A stretch of DNA of 64,000 bases from Antedon mediterranea. Taxonomy: Eukaryota > Animalia > Echinodermata. The notes beneath the pieces are model-generated. The model saw nothing but the letters and a program-made list of their open reading frames with translations, was not told the origin of the DNA and searched no databases. The stretch lies in assembly GCF_964355755.1 (NCBI RefSeq), contig NC_092674.1, positions 12,462,001 through 12,526,000 of the forward strand. The letters are read 5' to 3'. This document shows positions 26,166 to 40,355 of this stretch, in pieces; the stretch's first letter is position 1, and each line of letters begins with the position of its first letter. The position numbers and the translations under genes were made by a program.

Positions 26166-28124
26166 TACCCAAAAAGAAAATTAGAATATTTAAAAATAAT
26201 AGGCCTTGGCTCACAAAAGATGTAAGAAAGGAATTACTTAAGAATTATATTGCATCCAAAAACAAATGCAACGAGATGGAAAAAAAAAGATTAAAAAATG
26301 TGTAAATAAGAAAATCAAAGCATGTAAAAAAGAATATGGAGAAAAAATTGAGAACAAATTCAAGTGCCGGGACACCCGTCAGGCCTGGAATAGAGTTAGG
26401 AAAATTACAGGTATGGGGAAAAGAATAATGAAATTGAACACAGTTTTAAACCAAATGATTTTAATATTTTTTATTCTAGATTTGATGAAATAAATTTTAA
26501 ATGTGAAATGACTGCATCTGCTAAAGGGTTTAAAAATGAAATGAATGATAAAAGTGCAATAAAAATTGATTTAGATGATGTTAAGAAATATATGGAAAGG
26601 GTCAATGTTAGTAAAGCAAAGGGTCCGGACGGTGTATCAGGGCGTTTGATTAGATCATGTGCCTCTCAGCTTTCACCAATAATAAGCCAGCTTTTCCAGT
26701 GTTCACTGAACACGGGGGTGGTAACTGATCTATGGAAGGTCTTTGAGATTATACCTGTCCCGAAAATGTGTAACCCTAAAATCATTAACGACTTCAGACC
26801 AGTGGCATTAACATCTATTCTAATGAAGATCCTTGAGAAAATTGTTAGAAGTCAACTAATGTCTGAATGTAGTGATTTTATGGATAATAACCAATTTGCA
26901 TATCAATGTAATAGAGGGGTCGATGATGCTATTATAAACTTGTTAGACCTGGTGGTTTCACATTTAGATAAGAAGGGGACCTATGCTCGAGGGCTATTCA
27001 TAGACTTTTCATCTGCATTTAATTTGATGCAGCCTCATATTTTAATGAATAAAATGTCTGAATGGAAGGTTAATCTTTACCTTGCTCTATGGGTTGGTGA
27101 TTTTCTTACAAATTGGCTACAGTATGTTAAAGTTGGTAAATCTATCTCAGAGATTAGAAGGATCAACACTGGTGCACCCCAGGGTCTGTCACCAAGTTTA
27201 TTTACAATATATACTAGTGAATGTCGATCTTCATGTAGCATGTGTCATATCAAATACGCAGATGACATGGTACTGATTGGTCTATTGAAAACTGCTGACG
27301 ATCATGTGTATAAAGCTGAATATGTTAAATTAATGTCATGGTGCAATGACAATTACCTTAAGATTAATTTTAATAAAACTAAAGAAATTATATGGGATTT
27401 TAGGAAAAAGAAAAATGAAAAAAGTTATCTGATAGTTAATGATCAGACAATTGAACGTGTTCATGAAACCAAATATCTTGGTACACATATTAATGATCAA
27501 CTTAGTTTTGAAAAAAATACGGCCGAGATAATTAAGAAAGGTCACCAAAGGTTATATTTCCTAAGAAAGCTAAATAAATTTAATGTTAGCTGTGGTACTC
27601 TAAAATTATTCTATGAAACAGTTATTCAATCAGTGCTAGTTATCTCTTTTATTGCTTGGTTCGGTAATTTAAATGAAACACACAAGAAAGGTCTCATTAG
27701 AATTACTAAGATAGCATCAAATATAATTGGTTGTACGGTTAATGATTTAAAATATCTTCATGAAAAACAGGTCCTAAGTAAATTAAGTAAAATTTTAGAA
27801 GAAAAGAAACATCCAATACATATGAGATTTTTAAGAACAAGTCAGGCCGGTTACGGGCTCCTAGAGCTGATACGTTAAGAAACCGACTGTCTTTTGTATC
27901 AAATTCAACTCATATTTTTAACTCAAAGATTGTTAGATCATAATAGCGAACATGCAATATATATTTTAAAGTTTTACTGTTGATGGATGTTTTAATTAAT
28001 GTTTTTAAATTGTAAAGTTGTCCTATGTATGATGTAAATATGAATGTTTTACCATATTTTTATGTCAATGTACAATTTAGTATATATGGAACGAATAAAG
28101 ATTGATTTGATTTGATTTGATTTG
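26166..28124 (+). mobile_element. 5'-truncated Rex1/Babar-like LINE
   Basis: RT ORF; (GATTT)n tail; candidate TSD ATCAT (26161-26165, 28125-28129); empty site visible in the paralog at ~63155 (gacaatcatcagtg). Confidence 0.8.
26508..27878 (+). pseudogene. LINE reverse transcriptase (Rex1/Babar-like), lacking the endonuclease
   Basis: KAKGPDG, DFRPVALTS, QFAY, FIDFSSAFN, GAPQG, KYADD, QRLYFLRKL. Confidence 0.85.
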
Positions 28125-30257
28125 ATCATCAGTGTGCCGTTAATAAGAAACACGTTTTAAACGGCTTGCAACATGAACCAAAGCATCCCTGGTCTCAATG
28201 ACGATGCAGTACATACAGATAGCGCGCAGTTTGTTCAAACATAACAGAAACTCAACAACTCGGCTACCATTCGGCTATATCGATTTCTGATATAATTTTA
28301 TATACTGATTTTACAATTTTCCCTGCAAAATACCTCGATGATGTTTTAATATGCTGGACTTTTTTTTTGCAGTATAATTTCATTTTGTTTAAACTTCAGT
28401 CGTTGCCCTTGAAAAAAAAACCTGCCGATGAAATTAGAAATTTTGTTTTAAAACTTTCTAAAATATCTGCCTAAGAGAGAAATATTATAAAATCTACGTT
28501 TCGCAGTACATCTGAAATAGGAAAGGTAGGTATGCAAGGAGGAAATCTAAAAAATAACCATACTTTATATATATAGACACGCTAGCATTGACCTCGTGGA
28601 GCACATTTAGCTCGTAGTATCATACACGTGCACATATAGCTCATCGCGTTTGTAAGTCACAAACATATTAGTGATTTTTTTTTTATTATTATAGTATTAT
28701 GTCAATGAGGCTTAGTAGTATGCCACATGCAATATGAATTGAGAAAAAGAAAAATAACGACAATTGTATTATTACTGTTACCGAATTAAAGCTTTAAAAA
28801 AGCATTATTAAATACATACCGATAGGTCTATGTGAACGGCCGATACTAACCACGATACATTACTTTTAATTACTCTTTGTAGGCCTACATTTAGTCTTTG
28901 ATCACTACATTGGATACGTTATTATGTTGCTTGTAAACAGTCATTCTACATGCTTTAGATCATAGAAATAATTACTTTGTTAGGAGTAACTGTACATTTA
29001 ATGTACGATGATACTAAACAATCGCAATTGACATACTAAAAATAATGTAAACCAATATTGATAGAGTTTAATTAAAGCAAAGGTTTCTTTTATGTTTGAA
29101 TGCAATTATATTTAGCTAGACTTATTGTTGTTTTAATTTAGATACACAAATAAAAATATGAAATCATAAGAAGAAACATTCGGGAATTACCAATCGTGAT
29201 CTTAGAAATTATATTCATGACTAATGTGTCTATTTTAATATTTAAAGTAATCTTTTCTTTATATTATGTCATTTGAACAATTGAATAGAACATGAACTCA
29301 GTACTTATGGATTTTAACCCACGAAGCCTCAACCTTTGCAATCGAACATTTTACCGGCACAAACGAAGCAAATTGAAAAAGTCAACATGTTGCTGATCTG
29401 GTAGATACCATTGAAATGTTAGCGAAACAATACGCCATGTGTCTTAGAAAAGATAGTATTAATGTTTTTTTATTTTCATCGGTAGACTTTTAACGGCGGT
29501 AAAGTTACTTCCGAGTTCGTTATCACTTTTCGATGTCCGGGTTGCAACTACGACTTTGCTGTAGTCACAATAAAACCTCTGTACAAAACGCTTGCAGCTG
29601 TCCCACATGTGAACGTGACATGTACATTTGATATATATTTTGAGTCAAAATATTTCATATTTCTCTCTTTAAACAAACTAAAAAAAAATGAACTAATTTA
29701 TAATAATTATACTGTATATGGTTTGGCTATTTAATATTATTGTAATTCAGACTGTTTAAAACTTAATGAAGAAATAGCTCATAATGTTTAATATGTTATA
29801 AATTGTGTATACACTACGATGTGACGTGACGTTATTATTACAGTAGTAGAAAATGTATAAATATTATAATGTACCGATGATAAGCCGACTCGCAATAAAA
29901 TTAATAATATTACAAGTAATTTTTGTTTATTTTCGGACCGCGTGTGTGAAGGTATATAAGTACATAAACCCCGATAGCCGAGTTGTTGAGTAAGCTGCCA
30001 AGACTTTATGTATACTGTGCGCTATCTGTGTCCTGTCAGGACCCTGGGATACTTCTGCCCATGTTGCAAGCCGTCTAAAACGTCTTTCTTCTTAGGCCAC
30101 TGTGTCGCGGAATAATGTATTAATTATACCAATTAGGATGGTATTTATTTGAATAAACGCCCGGAACACCTCCACAATAAAACATCAATTAAAATAATTA
30201 TCTCGCTACCAACCCCACCCCAAATACATCTATTAAACGCCCATCCACAATATTATA

Positions 30258-30472
30258 TTTCGCTGTCGCAGCCCCAAAACTCTGGAACACTCTACCACTC
30301 GAAATACGCTCATCAAAATCTGTTATCACATTTAAAACTAAACTCAAAACTCATCTCTTCAGAGAAGCATAATCGCACGCTACTACTTGCACTGATCTTG
30401 GAAAACACAGCGCTTTGAAACCTTTGTCTCTTGCGCTTTATAAATGTTATTTATTATTATTATTATTATTAT
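30258..30472 (+). mobile_element. L2 LINE 3' end
   Basis: FAVAAPKLWNTLPLEIR...FKTKLKTHLF, agcgctttga..gcgctttataaat stem-loop and (TTA)n tail. Confidence 0.7.
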
Positions 30473-31100
30473 ATTTATAACCCAATTATACTATTTTTAG
30501 TAGATTTCTTCGGACTATTATCTACAATTTACCAAGCATTTGTTATTCTTTCTTACCACTTTTCATATCTACAATAAACACTATACGCCTAAAACGCTAT
30601 TAATCATCTAAGACACTTAGGTTAGTGAGTACGTTTAGTTTTACAAATATCAAAAGCATAGTAACCGACCGAAATTGTCCAGGCAAGAATGTCCTTCTAA
30701 AACTGTTTACGACCCGAGTCATTATCATTCCGAGAACCATCGTCCACACTTCCTAGAGGGAAGCGAGCTCACCTTCTAGTAATTATTATTAATATTTATA
30801 AAGATTAAACAAGTTATTACAAAGTGTGACACCAGTTGTTACAAAACATTGGTTAATCTGACTTTCCAATTTCAAGATTAACCTTGACGACGCAGCGGTG
30901 TTTCGAACCATGTGATGGGTACAACCGTGCAGTTCTCGACAATTTAGTTGCAACAAAAATGATCTGTAATATGACCCGCGATGTGGTTGCTTCATTTAGG
31001 TATGTTATTACTGGCACGCCCTTTAAATTGTAAAATTAAACACTTTTTAAATCACACTTAATTATATAGTAATATTATTATTAATGTGTGTAACACTTAC

Positions 31101-31199
31101 TTTGGCCTGAAGATCCAATTTAGCACCTTCCTTGAGCAAAATAGTGCAAACATCTGTGTGGCCGTTTTGTGCAGCCAAATGTAAAGGTGACCACCCATT
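31101..31199 (-). CDS. Ankyrin-repeat exon B: NGWSPLHLAAQNGHTDVCTILLKEGAKLDLQAK
   Basis: 99 bp; tttcAG / GTaagt; phase 0. Confidence 0.92.
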
Positions 31200-32519
31200 C
31201 TGAAATATTACAAACATTATGTTATAGTAATTTTTCTCTAAACAAACTATTATAATATTGTCCTGAAATCAATACGATGTGATCAATTAAAAATGACGTT
31301 ATAGATTTAAATAATGCTACATTATTAAATTAAATACGTATACATTTGTCTTTCTTGTATAATATTTTTATATAAGTGCTTTATAAATGTATAAAACAAA
31401 TAAGTAGGGTTTTTTGCCTAAAAAGTAAACACTTCATCCGATAGTGCTAACTAGTCTGAGTGTAAATTATGATAAAGGGGCGTTTGAACTGGCAGTTACA
31501 GCTAAAATATCCAGGATTCAAATTTTGTTCAGGTAACACATTTTGACTGCTAAATTCTTACCATTCATGGTTTCATTTTACCGTTACTTGGAGGGGATAT
31601 GTTTTTTTAAATATTTTATAAAATCAAATAAAAATCTCGATTCATATCTATTTATTGTATCATTTTGCATAAAATAGGCTACAGTGTTGCTCTACAGTAC
31701 CATCCAAAAACAGAAAACTGAAAAAAACACGAAATATCATTCTCTAACATTCAGTGCCCTAAAGGCATATGGTAACAATGATTACAGAATCTATTACGAG
31801 AGGTGATGGACCTTTTCTTTGAACGTCAAAATAGTGCATTGAATAGGTTGGGTCCTCAGAAAGTCTCTTATAAAAATGAGTACTGTAGTCCTATACGTGA
31901 TGCATAACTAACAATACGTTCCAGCTAATTCCTACATGTGGTCTCGGTAAACTATAAAACAAGGAATAATGAGAATACTTTCAATGACAGATTTATAAAA
32001 AAAGATGTATGCATTATGTGACTTGTTTTATTGTTAAATAACTATGTAACTATGCATTTTGTGATAGGGATGTAATGGGATAAAACGATCAGCATTACAT
32101 TCCCTTTCCAATGGATGGATGGTTCAGTGTGGAAGGTCGGCCATTTTAAAATACAAATGGCACCTAACTCTTTTGAATTCAGCAACTCAAGAATAACAAA
32201 GTTAGCCAATAAAATCTATTTTGGCACACATATCGAGCTGGAGCTAGTTTTCCTTACATATGTGACTGTATTATACCGTATCATAATGTTGTATATTTTA
32301 AATTTTGACATGACATAATAAACATTGAAAGTTCTTTCTAACAGATTTTTTCTCGGGGTACGCGCCGCCGTCTTCTTTATATCTTTACATAGATTGTATA
32401 TTGTTTTCAATAAGCCGTGCGGAAGATTCAGGTAATGTCTTTTAGTATTAACAGGGAAGAGTTAAATTACGTAAATTAACTCTTCCCTGGTATTAAAGGG
32501 TAACACCGCGGCTTTAAAA

Positions 32520-32668
32520 TGTATATTATGAATATAGATTGCTGAACCACCACTCATTCGTCCAAGACGGGAATCATTTATTAAGTTGTAATTTTCAAGA
32601 TCTATTATATTCGGTTTATTGTCGTCAAACCATGTCTCTGACATTACAATTACTGCAAATGTATGACT
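32520..32668 (-). mobile_element. LINE AP-endonuclease fragment
   Basis: SETW...R....GGSAIYI motif in ORF 32462-32644. Confidence 0.6.
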
Positions 32669-33090
32669 TAATGACGTTATTATTACAGTTGTAGACTATG
32701 TATAAATACTATAATGTACCGCGATGGTAAGCCGACTCGCAATAAAATTAATAATATTACAAGTAATATTTATTATTAATTTATAAAGATTAAACAAGTT
32801 ATTACAAAGTGTGACATCAGTTGTTCCAAAACCTTGATTAATATGACTTTACAATGTCAAGATTAACCTTGACGAGGCAGCGGTGTTCCGAACCATGTGA
32901 GGGGTACAACCGTGCAGTTCTCAACAATTTAGTCATCCTCGCCACAAAAATGGTCTGTAATATGACCCGCGATGTGCTTGCTTCATTTAGGCATGTTATT
33001 ATTGGCACGCCCTTTATATTGTAAAATTAAACACTTTTTTAAATCACATTGAATTATATAGCACATATTATTTATGTGTGTAACACTTAG

Positions 33091-33188
33091 TTTGGTCTGA
33101 AGATCCAATTGAGCACCTTCCTTGAGCAAAATGGAGCAAACATCTGTGTGGCCGTTTTGTACAGCCACATAAAAGGTGACGCTCCAAT
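33091..33188 (-). pseudogene. Ankyrin-repeat pseudo-exon C
   Basis: 98 bp (1-bp deletion after GASP) and donor mutated GTaag to CTaag; otherwise YVAVQNGHTDVCSILLKEGAQLDLQTK. Confidence 0.88.
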
Positions 33189-33923
33189 CTGAAATATTAC
33201 AAACATTATGTTATAGTATTTTCTCTCTCTAAAAAAATTTTTACAATATTGTCCTGGAATCAATACGATGTGATCATTTAAAAATGACGTTATATATTTA
33301 AATTATGCTACATAGTTAAATTAAATAAAGAGTATTAACCCTTTTCTTTAAGATAATGTATTGTATACATATACATTTTATGTCTTTCTTGTAGGCCTAT
33401 AACATTTTTTTTACAGTGTTTTATAAATTTATAAAACAAATAAGTGTTTTTTTCTTTTTTTGGCCTGAAAAGTAAACACTTCATCCGATAGTGCTAACTA
33501 GTCTGAATGTAAACTGGCAGTTACAGCTAAAAATATATCTAGGCTCCAAATTCTGTTCAGGTAACACACTTTTACTGCAAAATTCTTACAATGATTACGG
33601 AATCTATTACGAGAGGTGATGGAATTTTTCTTTGAACGTCAAAATAGAGCATTGGATAGGTTGGGTCTTGCAAAATTTAATGTGTTTCCTCAATAAAGTC
33701 TCTTATAAAAGTGAATCAAATTGAGATTTACTTAATTATAACTACTGTAAGTGAAGCATAACTAAAAATACGTTCCAGCTAATTCTTACATAGTGAATAA
33801 TGATAATATTTTTAATGACAGATTTATAAAAAAATAATTAGGCCTATGGGAGGTTTAACTACAAAAGATTTAAGTCTACGCAAAAGTAAAGTCTATTTGA
33901 TACTCTCATTAATGAGGTCGTGC

Positions 33924-34639
33924 CATTTGCAGAGAATAGGGCATTGCTTACCAACAGAACGATCCACCTACAAACAAGAATGATGTTTCTTAATGGTCTA
34001 GTTAGGAGTAGACTCACCTATGGTTGCCATGCTTGGAGGGCAACAGGAAGTGAAATGTCCAAACTTAGCACAACATACAAAACCTTCCTAAGAAGAATGC
34101 TAGTGAATGGCTTTCAAAGAGTCTGCCCACCAAACCATGTAGACATATCCTCAGATGATGAAACAGATGAAAACTATATAGACTGGCGTTACGTAATTGA
34201 AAATGACGATCTCTACAAAATTACTGGCTGTCAACCGCTAGAAGAATATGTCTACAAGCAACAATTCAACTGGATCGGACATGTAATTAGAAAAGAAAAT
34301 GAAGATCCTACAAAAATTCTTACTTTTCACACAACACAAAGTAAACGAAGAGGTCGGAAGATACCATCAGTACTTGATAGAGTTGTACAACAAAGTCAAC
34401 TTACTAGATGCAACTTCATTAGAGCCTGCTTCAACAGAAATTTATAATTCCCAGCAATGTTTTAACTGTATATATGAACTGTTTTATAAGTTGTTTTGTG
34501 ACTGTGTAATTTGGTAGTAGTCACTCTCATACTGTAGGCCTACATTTAAAAGTAACACATCCAAATGCCAACTTCAAGTCAATGGCTACCAGATGTCTCT
34601 GTGAGACGGTTATTTGAACCAGTACCAGTACCAGTACCA
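33924..34639 (+). mobile_element. Short 5'-truncated copy of the RTE-like LINE at 57108-60096
   Basis: Near identical to 59391-60104 (three substitutions noticed); (CCAGTA)n tail. Confidence 0.92.
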
Positions 34640-34975
34640 TTTAGGATCACTACGGTAGTGATTTATTTGCAATCTCAACTTCAGATTGGGTACCGTACCG
34701 TATTTCATGATTTAGGTGATTTTCCTATTTTTGTTTGTTACTTTGGGTGGAATATACTGTATGGTACTGCAAATAAGTCAATCTATAATAATAACCCACT
34801 ACTCTAATATTAACCCATGGGGGTTACTCTTCAAGTCACAAAAACTTATGATACAGCTGTATTTTGAAAATAAGGAGATAATGCAGCTTGATCTTGGGAG
34901 TGGGGTAGGATTGAGTGTTTTTGAGTTCAAACAAATTTGTTTATTCGTACTGTTTTATTATTTTGCTATGAGTTG

Positions 34976-37900
34976 CGTCACTTTACTGATATCGTTTTTC
35001 TTTGTAAGATTTTCAATTCTAATATAATTAATACTGACAATTTTTTTAACTAGATGGTACGCTCGCTTCGCTCGCGTACCATCTAGGTCGTGCCCACAGA
35101 TGGTTCTCGAATACATAATAATTTCAGCGTTAAAAAACTGGCGATTTCAAATGTACGTACCGCAGGACAAATACATGTCGTTTACAGGAACGAATAAATA
35201 GACAATGTGATTTATGTACTCAACTAAAAATAGCACCCTGGGAATTAATTCCGAAAGAGAAACTTGTCACAAAATGAGACCAATTGTTTAAGTCAAATTT
35301 AAACAAACTTAATTTGTGTTTTGTATGTAACATTAGGGTTGAGGGATGGGGAAGAGGATGGGTGGAAAGAAGAAAAATTTTTAAATATATTCTTTATCTA
35401 TTTAGTAAAGAAATATTAATTGTTTTCATGTTTTACAAATAATATACCACTAAACACAGAGTAAAACATTGCGATGTAATACTTTGTTGAAGCTATAACC
35501 GTCCAAGTCGATTGAAATAGTACAGTACATGTAACGATGTAACATCACTACGACAACGTGTATATATTTATATAATGTAAAACAATTTGTGAAAACCACC
35601 TCTATTTGGGGCAAATCATAAATTCGATTTAATCATCAATATATATTAAATTATCTAACTCAACTTAATTAGTAGGCCTAATGGTTTTCAATTGTTTCTT
35701 AGAGCCAATTCTTACTTAAGTTGGTTCCTACCCTACCCACCAAAGTTGTTCTGCGTTTAGGGCATGTGATGCACTGTAGGCCTATCCTCTACTGGATTTA
35801 CAACGCTACTCATGCCAGTGAGGGAAGGGTGATGATGTGGGTGGTTTAACTGCAATAATAAATATTTGTACATAAATATACGGCGACTGAAAACGCTAGC
35901 TCATTATCTGTTTAAAAAAAATGTATATCCAACCTCTGCAGCACAGATTGAAATAAAAATGGATCGAATTTCTGTTATGAGTATACAGTACTTGCCTTTA
36001 CGACGCCTGAAGGAATAGACGCTTGTGGAACAGAGATTGGAATGTTCCATTCATCGCAAATCAATACATTGGTAAAAACGTATATTAAATCTATCAAAAT
36101 AGCATTTTTAAATCGGACTGTCTTCAACATTATGATGCTGTACTCGAACTGTTCAACCGGTTTTCAGCTATTAAAAACAATTATCGTAGGAGGTGATAGG
36201 AAAATGCGAAGTGTCCTCGTATTATTGTGTGTGGGTATTTTTCAAATTGGACATCCATTAGACAGTGTATACCACGATCGGAAAACACCCCTATTTGGGG
36301 CAAATCGTTGAACCTAAATTCGTCAATAACTAATTATCGAATTCAATTTAATTAGTAAACAGGGTTATGTCAGGTGGTTAAAATCAGTACCGAAAGTACG
36401 AACCAACTTTACATACCATGGAGTAAACATTCTAGAAATAACGCGCGATTTACCGAATTTTGCCCTTACGTAAATTTATATAGATATTCGTAATCCAAAA
36501 CGTATTACTCGTAGCTCTTCTTCTGTTGGTACTCTTTTTGATATTCGTCGCTGCAGAACTGAATCTTCTTTTCAATCATATATCCCACGTGTTACCAGAA
36601 TTTGGAATAACTTACCCAGTGAAATCCGCAACTTAATAAGCCAAATTACTTAATTATCTCAATATTTATTCTTTAAAAAATGTTGATATTGAAAAAGTGT
36701 GTAGTTGGTCGCTTTCTTGTAGATGCTTTAATTGTAGAACGTAAATTACTTATTTTTCTTATATGTTTCTGTTCTGGTTTGACCAACTAGCATAGGTGTT
36801 TAGCACCTGTTTGGTCTTTCCGTGCCTCCTTTTATAATTGTTTTGTCTTCTTTTTTATGTATATGGCAGAAATTGAATAAATAAATAAATAAACACGGTA
36901 TGTATTCAATTATCTCAACACAAATACCAATTGAAATACAATTGGTTTCTGTGATTAGTTCTTTAGTTCTTTTAAATATGGCTACTATAATCTTTCCATC
37001 TCTTCTGAAACCTGTTTTCAATACAATCAATTGCCTGTTGTAGATACAAACAAGGAAAACGCTTATTCATCATTACTAACAAGTAAGTTATCAATGATAG
37101 TTATTTCTTCAGGTTGATGTACTTACATTTCCATCACATAACCCTTACTTTCTATCACGTAAAGTATTAAGAGTACACGCCTGTTCATGTGCGCCATATT
37201 ATTGCTCATATATTCTTTACTAAAATAATTTTGCAAGCACGTTAATGTATTGATTCAACATTACTTTGTTTATCAATATTGGGGTTGTATATTCATATGA
37301 AGTAATACTATTAACAAGGTCAACACTCGGGAAACCAAATTTTCTGGAAAAAAGCAATGGATTTGATACTGCATTACATTTTTTTTCTGTTATTAACCAT
37401 AATAGGAAGTAAAAATAAAATGTCAACTATTGCTATATTTTGGGGTTAAAGGTCACCAAATTCATGGTTTCTCACAGTTTCCATGGTTACAAGACACTAT
37501 TAACATTTACCAAACATAACATTATTAGTGGATTTATATTTAATATGTCTTCTTCCTAAACAATATTAAAAAGTTTGGATTGCCAAATTTACCATTTTTG
37601 AACTTTTGGCACACTTTGAATTGATTCTGTCCCACTTTGTCATGGGCCAAGAGCTATTCCTTTATTATTCTTCTTTTTTTTTTAAAAATCGGTAATCGTG
37701 ACCCTTTATAACTTGTTGCATATGATGTGCCAGTGTGCTACGTTCTAGACATTGGAATAGTAAACAACTAATAGTAAAAAGAACTTGAAACGAATTGTAA
37801 ACGTCTGTCCAGCATTAGAGATAATGTTAACATTCTCTTCTGGAAAGAGGTAATAGATGTATGGAGTAATTTTATTTCTATTCATTATCCAAAGTCTGTT

Positions 37901-39700
37901 GACGAGCTAATACGAATGCAAGTTTGGAATAATGAAGTAATAAGAATAGGCAACAAATGTATAAGATATGGAAACTGGGAAAAAGCAGGTATTCTGTTTG
38001 TTAATGATTTGTTTAACAGCAATGGGCAATTTATGAATAAAAAAGAAGTCGAAGATACCTATGGAATTAAGATAAACAGGCTTCTGATGGAAAAAAAATA
38101 ACAATTTAATGATATGTGAAATAAAAAAAAAATTTTTGCCAGATATTCCATTTCATATAAAAAGTACTCTTTCAACAAAGAAAGGGATGTCGTATTTGTT
38201 ATGATGTTTTAAATAACTCAATGTTTAAATAATGGAAAGCACAAAAGAAATGGGCAGAGAACAAATTTGTATTCAATAACGAACAATTGAAAGCTATCTA
38301 CCTAGCTCTCACCATAATATACGTGTACAATGAATATTGTTTTAATATATTTTCAATATAAAATTGTAAACAGAATAATTGCAACAAATGAACAATTATT
38401 TAAAATGAATATAAAAGAAACTTCAATGTGCTCATTTAGAGATGGTAAAATTGAAACCAATTAGCATTTGTTCTGTAATTGTGCAATAGTAAAAAGGATA
38501 TGGAACCTTCTCCAGGAAAAAATTTTAGAAAAAACTGTAGTGCAATTTATTTTTAGTAAAGAGAGCATATTTTTCGGATACCAAGATGCACATCAGTTTT
38601 TTAATTTAAAAGCCATTAATGCAATTATTCTTATTGTAAAATCATTTATTTATAAATGTAAACTAGTTAAACGAATGCCAAATATCAAAATGGTTATGAA
38701 CGAGTTAAAAAGGTTTTATGAAACGGAAAAATGTATTTATCATCAGAATTTCCAGGACAGTATTTTAAATAGAAAATGGATAAAATTAGAAGCATTTATA
38801 AATCAGATGGATATCTTTGTTGTTTTTGTTTGATTTTTTATTTGATTATATTTTTCCTTTGTAATGTATTATATGATGAAAAAAATAAATAAATAAATAA
38901 ATTAAAAAATAGTAAACAACCAAATAAAAGTGACATTGGGCAGATTTGTAAATGGTAGTTGCGAATGAATTGCCGTTTCTTACAAAGGGAGCATACCGCC
39001 TCTCTAAACTACGTATTTTGGTACCTGTATGTGTATAGCATGGCCCCCGGTTGTCGACGCGTGAGCTGGGCCAACTTCTAAATATATTTACTCTATAAAT
39101 ATTTCTTACAGAGGGACACCGCCAGATTAAGTGCGTCCTATCACTAGTAAGTAACTTGATTCAGATTTCTAACTACAGGACATATATTGACACGTAAACC
39201 ACAATGAAAATTAGTTAGTTGATTAGTTGACGTTTTACTGTAATATTAAATATATTTGTTACTAGAAATTAGTTTGATAAAATATATTCTACAAATTAGT
39301 AGGCATAATCGTTTTCCACTAATAAATTAAGGGGGTGGGGGGTGGGGGACACGTGTTTGTTTATGAGTGAGAATCAATAAGGCATTTAATTAAAATGCAG
39401 ACCATCTTAAATTACATTGACACGTTCCGATAAATATATTCTCATCATCAGAACTGTAATCAAAGCCTAGAGTACTTGTATACGTACAAAGTTGCGTTTA
39501 AATGAGTCAATAATTAGCATGAGAATAGATTTATCGAAACATGTCACGTAATTTTAAGACGGTCCACATTTTCATTAAATGCCTTATGATATTATTGATT
39601 ATCAATCGTAATTTGGTGGTATTATAAATGATGTGCCTGTTTATGTACAGTGAAAGAGCTTATTTTAGTATCCTATAGTAATATATTTTCTATATAAGAG
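34976..39700 (+). repeat. Segmental duplication block, copy 2 (interrupted by a Helitron)
   Basis: Colinear with 7565-11325. Confidence 0.9.
35050..36484 (-). mobile_element. Complete non-autonomous Helitron (1435 bp)
   Basis: Minus strand A|TCTATA...CTAG|T, 3' hairpin and no TSD; empty site at 7631-7645 (tttaa|tattcgt). Confidence 0.85.
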
Positions 39701-40075
39701 AATATTTTGTTTTTCTCTTTTGTTGCGCAAACACCACTTTTATTCACATTCATATTATCTCATATTACATAAAAGCGTATTATTTAACTTGTAAATGTCG
39801 TTACAGTTCATAAGTAACATTTTTACATATATGAATTCTGTATTACTCCTTTTTTCATTAATTTTCTTATTTTTTTGTTATACACTTGCCAGGATCATCA
39901 TTATCATCTATCCCGTTTTAAAATAGTTCACACATTTTCATTTGTTTGTTTTCATTTTACAACCCGGATTATACAATATATTTATATACATGATAAAAAA
40001 AACAATAATAGCTCAGTACCACCAGTAACCCGTATCACTGTAATTCTTTTTCGGTTAATCGTATCAAATTAGAAA

Positions 40076-40355
40076 TTATATTATCATAATCTTATTTCTT
40101 AAAGCTACCCATTTTTCTATACTTGTTTCTTTATTGTTATATGTTTCACATTCAATGTTATATAACATATTGCTTTTAAATGAATTCCATAAAGATTTAC
40201 CCACTGGCTTATTTAGTGCAGATAACATTTTTATTCTATAAATAGTAAATGCTGCAAAAGTGTAAAAATAATCTATTAGCTTATCTCTCGTTCCTAGTAT
40301 TAATTGTTTAAATGATATATTATTGTGATTTAAACTTACAAAGATACTAAGCATT
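40076..40355 (-). mobile_element. Possible L1/Tx1-like LINE 3' remnant at the junction between block copies 2 and 3
   Basis: Short ORF ending ...TSIEKW followed by A-rich sequence; weak. Confidence 0.3.

Noticed and set aside
32868-32995. GC-richer conserved segment beside each ankyrin exon as an extra exon or splicing docking site
   Set aside because: Copies (17890, 30880, 45688) differ by frame-breaking indels and the segment is largely lost beside exons E and F; co-duplication explains the similarity, and no complementary partner was seen.
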